From NCBI GenBank assembly GCA_028712705.1, contig JAQTPP010000002.1, forward strand, positions 43,180-107,179: DNA of 64,000 nt. The letters are read 5' to 3'. Shown piece after piece: positions 40,454-49,994 of this stretch; the stretch's first letter is position 1, and each line of letters begins with the position of its first letter. The position numbers and the translations under genes are program-made. The notes under the pieces were generated by a model. That model saw only the letters and a list, made by a program, of their open reading frames with translations. It did not search any database and had not been told where the DNA came from. Source of the stretch: Candidatus Daviesbacteria bacterium. Lineage in GTDB: Bacteria > Patescibacteriota > Microgenomatia > Daviesbacterales > UBA10151.

Positions 40454-43400
40454 ATGCCTAAATTTGTTCACCTTCACGGTCACACCCAATATTCTCTTTT
40501 AGACGGACTGTCAAAAGTTCCGAAATTAATTAAGGCCGTTAAGGATTCGGGTATGGAATCAATAGCCATTACGGATCATGGGGTAATGTATGGGGCTATT
40601 GAATTCTACAAAGCTTGCCGCGAAGCCGGAGTAAAACCTATTGTCGGGGTAGAAATGTATGTTGCCAAAAGATCCCATAAGGATAAAGAAGGAAAACTTG
40701 ACAGCGAACCGTTTCATTTAACAGTACTGGCTAAAAATTACCAGGGATATCTGAACTTGATGAAGCTGACAACTATTGCCCACCGTGACGGATACTACTA
40801 CAGACCAAGGGTGGATAAAGCTTTATTGAAAGAGTTTCACGAAGGATTAATAGCTTTGTCAGGCTGTCCTGCAGGAGAATTTGTCAGGTCTTTGAATACG
40901 AGAGACCCTAAAAAGGCCGAGGAAGTAATCAAAAATTATTTAAGTATATTTGGCGAAGGTAATTTCTATTTGGAATTGCAAAGTCATCCATATCAGCAGT
41001 CTTTGGACGAAGCGGTAGACGATACAGTCAAAAAGGATCTGCAGGAGATACTGGATATACAAACCCAAACCTGGAGTACGGTAAAGCAGTTATCAAAAAA
41101 AATTGGTATACCAATAGTTGGAACCAACGATTACCACTATGTTGCAAAAGAAGATGCCCAAGCTCAAGATGCATTGCTTTGTGTTCAAACCGGAAAATTG
41201 CTTAGCGATGTTGTAAGGCTTCGGATGATTGATACCCCTGATTATTTTGTGAAATCACCGCTTGAGATGGCGGAAAATTTTAAAGATATTCCGGAAGCTC
41301 TGGAAAATACTGTAAAAATTGCGAAACTGGTTGATTTGGAAATCCCGTTGGGTGTAGCCCGGTTTCCGGTATTTGAAACTCCAAACAAGGCTTCCTCAAT
41401 GGAGTATTTGCGGGAGATAACATATCAAAAAGCAGCTGAAAAATTGGAATTGACAGAAGAAATAAAAGAGCGTTTGGATTTTGAACTTAGCGTGATTGAG
41501 AAAAAGAAATATGCGGACTATTTTTTGGTGGTTGCGGATTTTATGGACTGGGCTCACCAGCGGGGGATTATCACTAATACCAGGGGCTCTGCGGCAGCTT
41601 CAATGGTTTTATATTGTTTAGGGGTAACTAACCTAAACCCTTTGGGTTATTTACTGCCTTTTGAGCGTTTTTTAACAGTCTATCGCCCGTCCCTGCCGGA
41701 TATTGATGTTGATATAGCTGATGACCGCCGCGATGAAGTGATAGATTATGTGATGAAAAAATATGGTAAAGACCGGGTTGCTCACATTGTGACTTTTGGA
41801 ACCATGATGGGCCGGGCTGCCATTAGGGATGTGGGTAGGGTTATGGGGATGTCTTATTCCGATGTAGACAGGATTGCCAAATTAGTCCCGCCCCCCCACC
41901 AGGGTTTTCACAAACCTTTAGGGTTAGTAGTTAAAGAAGTGCCGGATTTGCAGAATTTATATAGAAGCGATCCTCAAATTAAGAAACTGCTGGATTTGGC
42001 TGCCAGGATTGAAGGTACTGTGCGTCATGCTTCGGTACATGCGGCGGGTATTGTTATTGCCCCGGATGAAATAACCAATTTTACCCCTTTGCAAAAAGAA
42101 TCCAGCGGAGAAAGACTGGTATCCCAATATGACATGTTTGCGGTAGAAGATGCAGGTTTGGTGAAAATGGATCTTTTAGGTATCAGAAATTTATCAATTT
42201 TGGGTAAAGCCGTTGAATTTGTCAAAGAAAATAGAGGAATAAGCATTGACCTGGATAAAATCCCCCTGGATTACAAAAAGGCTTTTGAGCTTTTGGCCAA
42301 AGGCGAAACTATGGGAGTTTTTCAGCTGGAAGGTTCGGGCATGACCAGATATGTAACAGAACTGAAGCCAACCAGTATTACCGATATTCAGGCCATGGTG
42401 GCTTTATACCGCCCCGGGCCGTTGGGGGTAATCCCGGAATATATTGCCCGAAAGCATGATCCGAAAAAAGTGAAATTTTTTGACCCCCGGATGAAAGATT
42501 ATACCGAAGCCTCTTTGGGTTTGCTGGTTTATCAGGATGACGTATTGCTTACAGCTATTAACATTGCCGGTTATTCCTGGGAAGAGGCTGATAAGTTCAG
42601 GAAAGCCATGGGTAAAAAAATTCCCTCTGAAATGGCCAAGCAAAAAGACAAGTTTATTGAAGGATGCATTAAAAACGGCATGAGAGCGGAAAAAGCGGAA
42701 GAGTTATTTGCCATGATTGCTCCCTTTGCAGCTTATGGGTTTAACAAAGCTCATGCAGCCAGTTATGCCATGATTGCTTATCAAACAGCTTATATGAAAG
42801 CAAGTTTCCCTGTTGAGTTTATGGCGGCGGTTATGACGGCCGAATCAGGAGACAGCGATAAGATCGCCTCGGCGATCGAAGAATGTAAAAGACTTCAGAT
42901 TGTAGTTTTGCCGCCTGATGTTAATAAATCAGGAATCGGTTTTTCTCTGGAGAAACTAAAAGAGCTTTCGCAGGCCGATCTGGAGCGAAGTTTGAGTGTT
43001 GGAGAAAGCGAAGCGAAAGCAGGCCACAATCGTGTAAACCGATTATGGCAGGGTATAAGGTTTGGCTTATCAGCTGTGAAAAATGTAGGTATTTCTGCGA
43101 TTGAATCAATCATTTTGGCAAGAGAAGATGGAGAGTTTGTGTCTTTGGCGGATCTTTGTTCACGGGTTGATACCCGTTTGGTAAATAGAAAAACCCTGGA
43201 AAGTTTAATTAAAGCAGGTGCCCTGGATCATTTGGGAAGCCGGGCCGGACAGCTTTTGGTTTTGGACTCTTGTTTGGAGCAGTCTCATAAGCAAAGTAAG
43301 GCAAGATTGTCCGGACAAGTGTTGCTGTTTGACAGCGAAGAGGATCAGGGAGTATTTGCTGTGAAACTGCCGGATGTTGCCGAACTGCCTCTTGAACAAT

Positions 43401-44026
43401 TGCTGGTTTTCGAAAAAGATCTTCTGGGTTTTTACCTGCATGAACCCCCTTTTCTTGCGGCGCTTCAAAAATTAACCAGGTTTGTATCTATCAAACTTTC
43501 CGATTTGAGCGAGGAAAGTATTGGGAAAACTTTGAAACTGGGAGGAGTTATTGTTGCGGTTAAAAAAGTATTAACCAAAAAAGCAAGCAAAGAAATGGCA
43601 TTTGTTAAAATTTCCGATGGGATTTTCAGCCTGGAAGTAGTAGTTTTTCCCAAAATATTTGAAACAAGCAAAGAATTTCTGGTTTCGGATCAGGTTGTTT
43701 TAATCTCCGGACGCGTCGAGAAAAGAGAAGAAGAACTTTCTTTAATTGTTGAAAAAATTGCGCCATTTGATCCTGAGAGCGCGGATGAGGTGCAGCAAAA
43801 CAGCTTGATGGTTGAGATTTATATTCCGGCAGGGGTAGATATATCGGTATTACAAAATATAAACAGAACTCTGCGGGGATTTCCGGGAGGCGCGCCGGTT
43901 GCGTTATTTTTAAATAGCGACAAGGGTGTAAGACGCATGGATTTGCCGTTTTCTGTTGATCCGCAACCCTTACTCGAGGAAAAAGTTAAGGAGATTCTAG
44001 GCAAAGGTGCTTTTAAAATAGTCTAG
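40454..44026 (+). CDS. dnaE: DNA polymerase III alpha subunit
   Basis: FVHLHGH..YSLLDG, PDIDVD, KMDLLG, YGFNKAH. Confidence 0.97.
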   Translation: MPKFVHLHGHTQYSLLDGLSKVPKLIKAVKDSGMESIAITDHGVMYGAIEFYKACREAGVKPIVGVEMYVAKRSHKDKEGKLDSEPFHLTVLAKNYQGYLNLMKLTTIAHRDGYYYRPRVDKALLKEFHEGLIALSGCPAGEFVRSLNTRDPKKAEEVIKNYLSIFGEGNFYLELQSHPYQQSLDEAVDDTVKKDLQEILDIQTQTWSTVKQLSKKIGIPIVGTNDYHYVAKEDAQAQDALLCVQTGKLLSDVVRLRMIDTPDYFVKSPLEMAENFKDIPEALENTVKIAKLVDLEIPLGVARFPVFETPNKASSMEYLREITYQKAAEKLELTEEIKERLDFELSVIEKKKYADYFLVVADFMDWAHQRGIITNTRGSAAASMVLYCLGVTNLNPLGYLLPFERFLTVYRPSLPDIDVDIADDRRDEVIDYVMKKYGKDRVAHIVTFGTMMGRAAIRDVGRVMGMSYSDVDRIAKLVPPPHQGFHKPLGLVVKEVPDLQNLYRSDPQIKKLLDLAARIEGTVRHASVHAAGIVIAPDEITNFTPLQKESSGERLVSQYDMFAVEDAGLVKMDLLGIRNLSILGKAVEFVKENRGISIDLDKIPLDYKKAFELLAKGETMGVFQLEGSGMTRYVTELKPTSITDIQAMVALYRPGPLGVIPEYIARKHDPKKVKFFDPRMKDYTEASLGLLVYQDDVLLTAINIAGYSWEEADKFRKAMGKKIPSEMAKQKDKFIEGCIKNGMRAEKAEELFAMIAPFAAYGFNKAHAASYAMIAYQTAYMKASFPVEFMAAVMTAESGDSDKIASAIEECKRLQIVVLPPDVNKSGIGFSLEKLKELSQADLERSLSVGESEAKAGHNRVNRLWQGIRFGLSAVKNVGISAIESIILAREDGEFVSLADLCSRVDTRLVNRKTLESLIKAGALDHLGSRAGQLLVLDSCLEQSHKQSKARLSGQVLLFDSEEDQGVFAVKLPDVAELPLEQLLVFEKDLLGFYLHEPPFLAALQKLTRFVSIKLSDLSEESIGKTLKLGGVIVAVKKVLTKKASKEMAFVKISDGIFSLEVVVFPKIFETSKEFLVSDQVVLISGRVEKREEELSLIVEKIAPFDPESADEVQQNSLMVEIYIPAGVDISVLQNINRTLRGFPGGAPVALFLNSDKGVRRMDLPFSVDPQPLLEEKVKEILGKGAFKIV

Positions 44027-44053
44027 CCTCCAGGGGGACGCCTTGCAAGGCTA
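44024..44053. repeat. REP-like palindrome (core ctccagggggacgccttg)
   Basis: Same 18-bp core at 44802-44819 and, inverted, within 39665-39693 inside gatB. Confidence 0.8.
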
Positions 44054-44100
44054 AGCGGGTGCAGGTTGCCAGCAGGTTTAGATTATGTTAGTATTCCTTA

Positions 44101-44415
44101 ATGATTTCAGTGAAAGTTGATGAACAAAATATACATATTGGAGATACTATAAGAGTACATAGTAAGGTGGTAGAAGGAACAAAAAGCAGAGTGCAGATTT
44201 TCGAAGGAATTTTAATCAGGCTTCGGGGTCGGGATGTTAATAAAACTTTCACTGTCCGTAAAATTGGAACAGGAGGGATTGGGATTGAAAGAACCTGGCC
44301 GTTGGATTCAAATTCTATTGTTAAAATTGAAGTTAAAAAAAAGGCCGGAAAAGTTAGAAGATCAAAGCTTTATTTTTTAAGAGGATTGACTGGTAAAAGC
44401 GCTGTAAGGGTTTAA
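44101..44415 (+). CDS. rplS: 50S ribosomal protein L19
   Basis: [29 protein letters not shown]. Confidence 0.96.
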   Translation: MISVKVDEQNIHIGDTIRVHSKVVEGTKSRVQIFEGILIRLRGRDVNKTFTVRKIGTGGIGIERTWPLDSNSIVKIEVKKKAGKVRRSKLYFLRGLTGKSAVRV

Positions 44416-44434
44416 TTATTCTTCCAATAATTCA

Positions 44435-44794
44435 ATGTCCAATACCGATATCGGAAATAAAGGAGAAGAACTGGCGTGCAAGTATCTTAAGAAACTGGGG
44501 TATAGAATTCTTGAAAGGAACTTTCGGATCAGGGGTGGAGAAATAGATATTGTGGTAAAGGATGGTAATACCTTGGTGTTTGTGGAAGTAAAGACTCGTT
44601 ATTCTCACGATTTCGGCTTGCCTGCCGAGTCCATGACACCTTGGAAAATTCGCTCACTTTTGAAAACCGCCAGATTTTATATTCAGAAAATTAACTGGGG
44701 TGAGCGAGAATACAGGTTAGATTTTATGGGGGTGGATTTTGCTGAATCTGGGGATAATCCCAAAATAGAACTAATTAAGAATATTGCCTTATAG
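44435..44794 (+). CDS. yraN: YraN family endonuclease
   Basis: G..GE..A..YL..GY.ILERNF...GEIDIV...LVFVEVKTR. Confidence 0.92.
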   Translation: MSNTDIGNKGEELACKYLKKLGYRILERNFRIRGGEIDIVVKDGNTLVFVEVKTRYSHDFGLPAESMTPWKIRSLLKTARFYIQKINWGEREYRLDFMGVDFAESGDNPKIELIKNIAL

Positions 44795-44824
44795 TATTAC
44801 GCTCCAGGGGGACGCCTTGCGAAG

Positions 44825-45715
44825 CTACCCCTTAGTTTTTTCCGCTACCACAAAGGGGATTTCTTCCCAGTCTTTAACTTTTCTAATTTTTTTATTAATT
44901 TCCCAAACCGTTTCCAAAAGTTTTGGATCGAGTTTTAAACTCTTAGCCCGGCCAATTAAGGCAACGATATCTTTAGGAAAACATTTCCCCCCAAAACCTT
45001 TGGATGTAGTTACATCCAGGTGTGAGTTAAAAATCCGGCGGTCTGCCACAACGATGTTTTTAACTTCTTCATATTTAATACCTAAAGCCTGGCATAAATC
45101 ATACATCTGATTGGCAAAAATTACCTTGGTGGCTAAAAAAGCATTAGCCATATATTTGACCATTTCGGCAGTTGTAGTATCTGTTTGGAAAACCTTGGTT
45201 TTCGGGAATCTTTGTCTGTATAAAGAGATCAATCTTCGGGAAACCGTATCGTTATTCGCTCCTACAACATTGCGGTCTGATTTTATAAAATCCTCTAAAT
45301 AATTTGCCTCTGTTAAAAATTCCGGGTTCATGGCAAAGTTGCTTTTTGGGTATTTTTTTTCTAAAGCAGCAGTGGTACCGGGTACAACAGTTGATTTAAT
45401 CACAATGATTTTGTCGGTATTGTCGGTATATTGGGTAATCTCTTTAATGTTTTCTTCGATGATTGAAAGGTCGATTCCCGATTCATCTTCTTTCATCGGG
45501 GTGGGCAAACAAATAAAAATAAACTCGCTTGATGCAACTACGCTTTCTAAAGATTCGGTGTTTTTGTATTTGTCGTAAAATTTAATTTCATATTTATCTT
45601 TTATCTCCGGTTGGGAAAAGCCGTATGCCAAGGCTTGACCGACTATTCCGTAACCGATAATTCCAAGTTTGGCGGGGTTGATTAGTTCTGCGGAGTCCTC
45701 TTGTTGCTTATTCAT
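44825..45715 (-). CDS. UDP-glucose/GDP-mannose dehydrogenase family (short form)
   Basis: GYGIVG, CLPTP, KSTVVPG, NPEFL, GFGGKCFPKD; lacks the C-terminal UDP-binding domain. Confidence 0.85.
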   Translation of the reverse strand: MNKQQEDSAELINPAKLGIIGYGIVGQALAYGFSQPEIKDKYEIKFYDKYKNTESLESVVASSEFIFICLPTPMKEDESGIDLSIIEENIKEITQYTDNTDKIIVIKSTVVPGTTAALEKKYPKSNFAMNPEFLTEANYLEDFIKSDRNVVGANNDTVSRRLISLYRQRFPKTKVFQTDTTTAEMVKYMANAFLATKVIFANQMYDLCQALGIKYEEVKNIVVADRRIFNSHLDVTTSKGFGGKCFPKDIVALIGRAKSLKLDPKLLETVWEINKKIRKVKDWEEIPFVVAEKTKG

Positions 45716-45745
45716 GCAAAAAAAGTATAGCATAAAGAGTAAACC

Positions 45746-46150
45746 ATGGGTATTATTAAAAAGGTAGCTTTGGCAGTGTTCAAAGACAAAAAGCTGCTGC
45801 AGGTAAGAACACACAAAGAGAGTCATGTATTTTTTACGCTTGGCGGTAAACCGGAAGGGGATGAATCCGAAATTGAACGCTTAAAAAGAGAGGTTAAAGA
45901 AGAAATCGGGTGCGGGTTGGATGAGTCGTCAATAAAGTTTTTGACAGAATTTGAAGATGTGGCACACGGTAAAAGCGGCGCTTTGGTAAACATCAAAATG
46001 TATGAAGGAGAATTAATTGGTATCCCACAGCCTTCTTCAGAGGTAGTGGAGATCGGCTATTTTGATACTAAATCAGATAAAAAATATCTTTCAACTATTG
46101 CAAAAAGGACAATCTTCCCCTGGTTTAAAAACCATGGGTATATAAATTAG
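45746..46150 (+). CDS. NUDIX hydrolase
   Basis: GGKPEGDES...LKREVKEEIG Nudix box. Confidence 0.9.
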   Translation: MGIIKKVALAVFKDKKLLQVRTHKESHVFFTLGGKPEGDESEIERLKREVKEEIGCGLDESSIKFLTEFEDVAHGKSGALVNIKMYEGELIGIPQPSSEVVEIGYFDTKSDKKYLSTIAKRTIFPWFKNHGYIN

Positions 46151-46190
46151 GCATTGACAGGCACATGACCTCATAGTAATATAACCCCCA

Positions 46191-46784
46191 ATGTTAGAAA
46201 GTGAATTTGAAAGACTATGGAGATGGGCTCCGGTTCCCGATGAAGTTCGTAAAGAAAAAGGCGCTTGGAATTATGGGTCTCCTGGTAATAATTTTACTGG
46301 AACTGATAATGAGCGAGAATCCGAACTTTCGTTGTCTGATATTCGAAGATTAAATTCTAGGTTTACTGAAGGACCAACGAGAAGATTACGGCCGTATGTA
46401 ATAAAGGCAAACCCACTTTTTAAAGAGCAATCAGGCAAAGAGGAATCAGATGAAACACCCGGACAGTCTAAATACGTACTTAGAGAAGGAAGATGGGCAA
46501 TTACTGTAGCAGGAAGAATAGCTAGACGACCAGATAGTCATGATCATAATTGGGTGGTGAAGCATAAGGACGAAGGAACTCTACCAAGACCAGTAAAACT
46601 GATGCGATCTATGAAGAGAGATGGTTTTATGCCAGAAGATTGGCCAGTAGAAAATGTATCAAGAGATCCTTTAGAAGGTCCGTGGCAAGTAGGAGGAAAA
46701 ATTACTGTATTTAGTTCCCATGCTGAATGGGAGGATCTTGACGCTGGTTTCATTGCAAGATCCCACAAAACTCCAAAGACTTAA
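46191..46784 (+). CDS. Hypothetical protein
   Basis: 197-aa ORF with its own TTGACA-17-TAATAT promoter. Confidence 0.6.
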   Translation: MLESEFERLWRWAPVPDEVRKEKGAWNYGSPGNNFTGTDNERESELSLSDIRRLNSRFTEGPTRRLRPYVIKANPLFKEQSGKEESDETPGQSKYVLREGRWAITVAGRIARRPDSHDHNWVVKHKDEGTLPRPVKLMRSMKRDGFMPEDWPVENVSRDPLEGPWQVGGKITVFSSHAEWEDLDAGFIARSHKTPKT

Positions 46785-48435
46785 TAAATCGATAGATTTT
46801 GCTTGGTTGAATTGATATAATTTTATAGTTTGCTGCCAAGTCTGACTTGGTTGGTATATTTGACGCGCCGCGTTCGTCTAGTGGCCTAGGACGTTGGGTT
46901 TTCATCCCAGAAATCACGGGTTCGACTCCCGTACGCGGTACCAAATCCCGAGTTAGCGGGGCGGCGCAGAGCGCCGCCCATGGGTTTAGAGCTCCACAGC
47001 AAACTATTTTGTCGGTGAGCTTGAGGTTCGAGCCGAAGATTTTTTGTGCAAGTACCTTTTTTGCTTCCATGTCTTCCCCCCTTGCGGTATTAGCTGCGTT
47101 AGCAGCTTCCACTATCCAGTTTTTGAAAGGTTCGAGCCAAACATTTTGCGTTTGTTGAAAGCGGAGGATTTGTTCTTCTAACGTCTTCTTTTTAGATAAC
47201 AGTTCAGCTTTTTTGTTAAGGTAAGAATCTCTCTCAATATCCTGGTCAAGGTATGAATCAAGAAGACGTTGAAGTTTATCATTTAAACTTCTAATCTCCG
47301 CTTGTTTCTCCTCAACAAACGCATGGCAGGATTGGGCTACATTTTTTTCTTCTACAGATAATCTATCCAGCATTTTATCTGCCCAATCCTGACGCAAAGA
47401 AACTGATGCAATATTATCTGAAAGCTGTCGATCAAGTTCCTCCTGCCTAATAAAAGGTTGATTACATTTAACAGTTTTGGACTTTTTCGTACATCTGTAA
47501 TACAAATAGGTGGCATGATGATTTGTTTCCTTATAAAATTTTTCCTTAAATTCAGCCGTAATCATCATGCCGCACTGCCCGCAGCGAAAAAGTCCCAGGT
47601 ATGGTTTTAAAACAAGAGGTTTTTTCCAAGACCTGCTTCGTTTCCTCCATACCTCTTGTACGCTATCCCACAGTTTCTTTGAAATGATCGGCGTATGTTT
47701 TCCTTCGTGGATCTCGCCCCAATATTTAAAATGGCCATAGTAGAAAGGGTTAGTTAAGATCTGTTTAGTTACTCTATCAGCTTTCCATTCCTGTCCTTTT
47801 CTGGTCACTATGCCATTTTTAGCCAAAAAGTCCCGGATATCCATTATCCGGTAGTTACCGGTAGCAAACAGTTCAAAAGCCTTTTTAACAATAGTAGCCC
47901 GCTTTTTATCCAAAACTATAGTTTTGATAAGGAGGTCGTTAAGGTAGCCAACAGGAGGGATACCAGGATATATACCATTTCTGACTTTTTGGCGTAAACC
48001 TCTTTTGGTGTTTTCTGAAAGCGAGTCCACGAAGTATTTGCTTTGCCCAAATGCGATGGTGAGCATAAATTTTCCCTGGGGTGTAGCATCAAACCAGAAT
48101 TGAGGAAACTTAAGATACTTAATTTTACCGGTATCAATAAGATAAATAATTTTGCCGCCATCCACACTATTTCTCGCAAGTCTGTCAGGATGCCAAGCTA
48201 AAATTCCATCTGCTTCCCCGGCTTCAATCCTTTCGATCATACTGTTAAAAATAGGCCTGCCAGGGATTTTAGCTGTCTGCTTTTCAACAAGCTCTTCTAA
48301 GATAATAATACCTTCACGCTTGGCATACTCCCTTAGCTCTGTAATTTGAGCAACAATTGATAAAGCCTGCTTATCTTCTACGTCTGTAGACTTGCGGGCA
48401 TATAAGAACATTTTATTCGTATTTGTAATACTCAT
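46750..48435 (-). CDS. Large serine recombinase/integrase
   Basis: FLYARKS catalytic Ser, DRLARN, recombinase domain, CGQCG..YYRC..C zinc ribbon, coiled coil; reads across attL, antisense through tRNA-Glu. Confidence 0.95.
   Translation of the reverse strand: MSITNTNKMFLYARKSTDVEDKQALSIVAQITELREYAKREGIIILEELVEKQTAKIPGRPIFNSMIERIEAGEADGILAWHPDRLARNSVDGGKIIYLIDTGKIKYLKFPQFWFDATPQGKFMLTIAFGQSKYFVDSLSENTKRGLRQKVRNGIYPGIPPVGYLNDLLIKTIVLDKKRATIVKKAFELFATGNYRIMDIRDFLAKNGIVTRKGQEWKADRVTKQILTNPFYYGHFKYWGEIHEGKHTPIISKKLWDSVQEVWRKRSRSWKKPLVLKPYLGLFRCGQCGMMITAEFKEKFYKETNHHATYLYYRCTKKSKTVKCNQPFIRQEELDRQLSDNIASVSLRQDWADKMLDRLSVEEKNVAQSCHAFVEEKQAEIRSLNDKLQRLLDSYLDQDIERDSYLNKKAELLSKKKTLEEQILRFQQTQNVWLEPFKNWIVEAANAANTARGEDMEAKKVLAQKIFGSNLKLTDKIVCCGALNPWAALCAAPLTRDLVPRTGVEPVISGMKTQRPRPLDERGASNIPTKSDLAANYKIISIQPSKIYRFIKSLEFCGILQ
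46867..46943 (+). tRNA. tRNA-Glu(TTC), integration target
   Basis: gccgcgt/acgcggt + aCCA; ttggg-ttTTCat-cccag; acgggttcgactcccgt. Confidence 0.95.
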
Positions 48436-48920
48436 AAAATAACCTTGAACCCTGTCGGGTATAAAAAGAATTTTTGCGATAAATTATTGGCAGTTTGTTC
48501 CATATCTTTTGTGAAAGCGGATTGACTCCGCTTTCACTTAAATGGCCACCTTGGTGATCTCAACCGGTGAAGGTTGTCCAAGATGGCCATTAAAAAACTC
48601 CACCGAATGTTGAGATCGCAAACATATTACAAACTGCCAAAAGAAAATACAATATAGCAAAAATTCAATTGCGCATTTAGGCAAAGTTTCCCCACCTTAA
48701 GTGGGGAATTATTGATTTATATTTATATAAAAATAAGCAAAGCTTTTCTTTTTGCTTTGCAAAAAATAAAAAATCGCAAGGGGAATTAAAATTTCAAAAA
48801 AAGGTACTGCAATTAAAAGAATCTTGGGCTTTCTGTTTCCTCACCGACAAAATAGTTTGCTGTGGAGCTCTAAACCCATGGGCGGCGCTCTGCGCCGCCC
48901 CGCTAACTCGGGATTTGGTA
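46939..48920. repeat. 81-bp perfect inverted repeat (arm A) flanking the recombinase
   Basis: 46939-47019 is the exact reverse complement of 48840-48920. Confidence 0.95.
48488..48640 (-). promoter_or_regulatory. Structured leader upstream of the recombinase
   Basis: tggcagtttgt/acaaactgcca outer pair, gtgaaagcgga/tccgctttcac hairpin, aatggcca..cttgg/ccaagatggccatt competing with gatctcaac/gttgagatc. Confidence 0.55.
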
Positions 48921-49215
48921 GCGATCTATGATATCGCTCGGACTTATTTTATCAGGAATTATTAATCGGCGCATCGTATCGTTACGCTTCGGCCGGCTAA
49001 TCGCCGGCCTTGCTAATCACCGACGTATCGGTTCGCTCCGCTCAGGCCGCCTTCGGCGGCCTTCGCTTACCCCGATTCAATCGGGGCTTAAAACTAATCT
49101 TATCTTTGGAAATTTTCGCATTTTCTATCCTATCTTTCTGTCTGTTTTATTTTGAGTAGCTTTTGTCTAAAGAGCACTTTTGTTACTCAAACAAAATGTC
49201 TGTTATACTTTATTT

Positions 49216-49980
49216 ATGTCTCAAAATTTTTATGATAAGGTAGCTAAAAAATTTGGTGGTTATGGATATGGTAATGGAAGGAAACCTCAGTATAAAAGCG
49301 AATACCCAGCGGGCGATCCTGAAAGGATTTTTAAAGAAAAGCTATTGGAGTTAAGTTCAAAAGATAAAACGGCACTGGATAGTGGGTGCGCTGACGGCAA
49401 ATTTACTCTTTCTATTGCTCCCTATTTCAAAAAAGTGTACGGGATTGATATTTCAAAGGAAAATTTGAATGTTGCAAATAACCACAGAGCTGATGAGAGA
49501 AGTAAAAATGTTGAATATTCTTTTCAAAACGCAAAACATACCTCATTTGAGGATTCTTTTTTTGATATAGCATATTGCAGGAGAGGACCTACTTTTTACA
49601 AGGAGTATCACAGAATTCTTAAAACCGGTGGATATTATCTTGAAATTGGAATAGGAGAGATGGATACAATAGAGCTAAAAAAGATATTTGGCAGAGGGCA
49701 AGGGTATGGAGAATGGGATAAGTCAAAATTGGATGAAAACTTAAAAGAAATAAAGAATCTTGGTTTTAAGGTTATTTTTGCAGAGAATTTTTATCCCTTT
49801 GAATACTATCCTTCTTCCGCGGAGTTTGATTTATTTCTACATCAGGTACCAATTTTTGAAGATTATGATTCGGAAAAAGACGAGGTATCACTGCAAAAGT
49901 ATGTTAAGAAATTTTCAGCCGATAAAGGTATTATGCTTTCGCGTCACCGGTTGGTAATGGTTGTACAAAAAGTCAGTTAG
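49216..49980 (+). CDS. Class I SAM-dependent methyltransferase
   Basis: ALDSGCADG, YGIDIS, FFDIAYCRRGP, ILKTGG. Confidence 0.85.
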   Translation: MSQNFYDKVAKKFGGYGYGNGRKPQYKSEYPAGDPERIFKEKLLELSSKDKTALDSGCADGKFTLSIAPYFKKVYGIDISKENLNVANNHRADERSKNVEYSFQNAKHTSFEDSFFDIAYCRRGPTFYKEYHRILKTGGYYLEIGIGEMDTIELKKIFGRGQGYGEWDKSKLDENLKEIKNLGFKVIFAENFYPFEYYPSSAEFDLFLHQVPIFEDYDSEKDEVSLQKYVKKFSADKGIMLSRHRLVMVVQKVS

Positions 49981-49994
49981 ACGATTTTCTCGTT

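Noticed and set aside
46847-47158. 103-aa plus-strand ORF
   Set aside because: Overlaps tRNA-Glu and is antisense to the recombinase
48840-48920. Repeat of a gene 3' end as a DGR template/variable pair
   Set aside because: The copies are identical with no adenine-specific mismatches, and there is no reverse transcriptase in the window
48928-49155. Near-identical ORFs MISLGLILSG.. here and at 62541-62840
   Set aside because: Shadow translations of the hairpin-rich 203-bp inverted repeat; they diverge where the repeat ends
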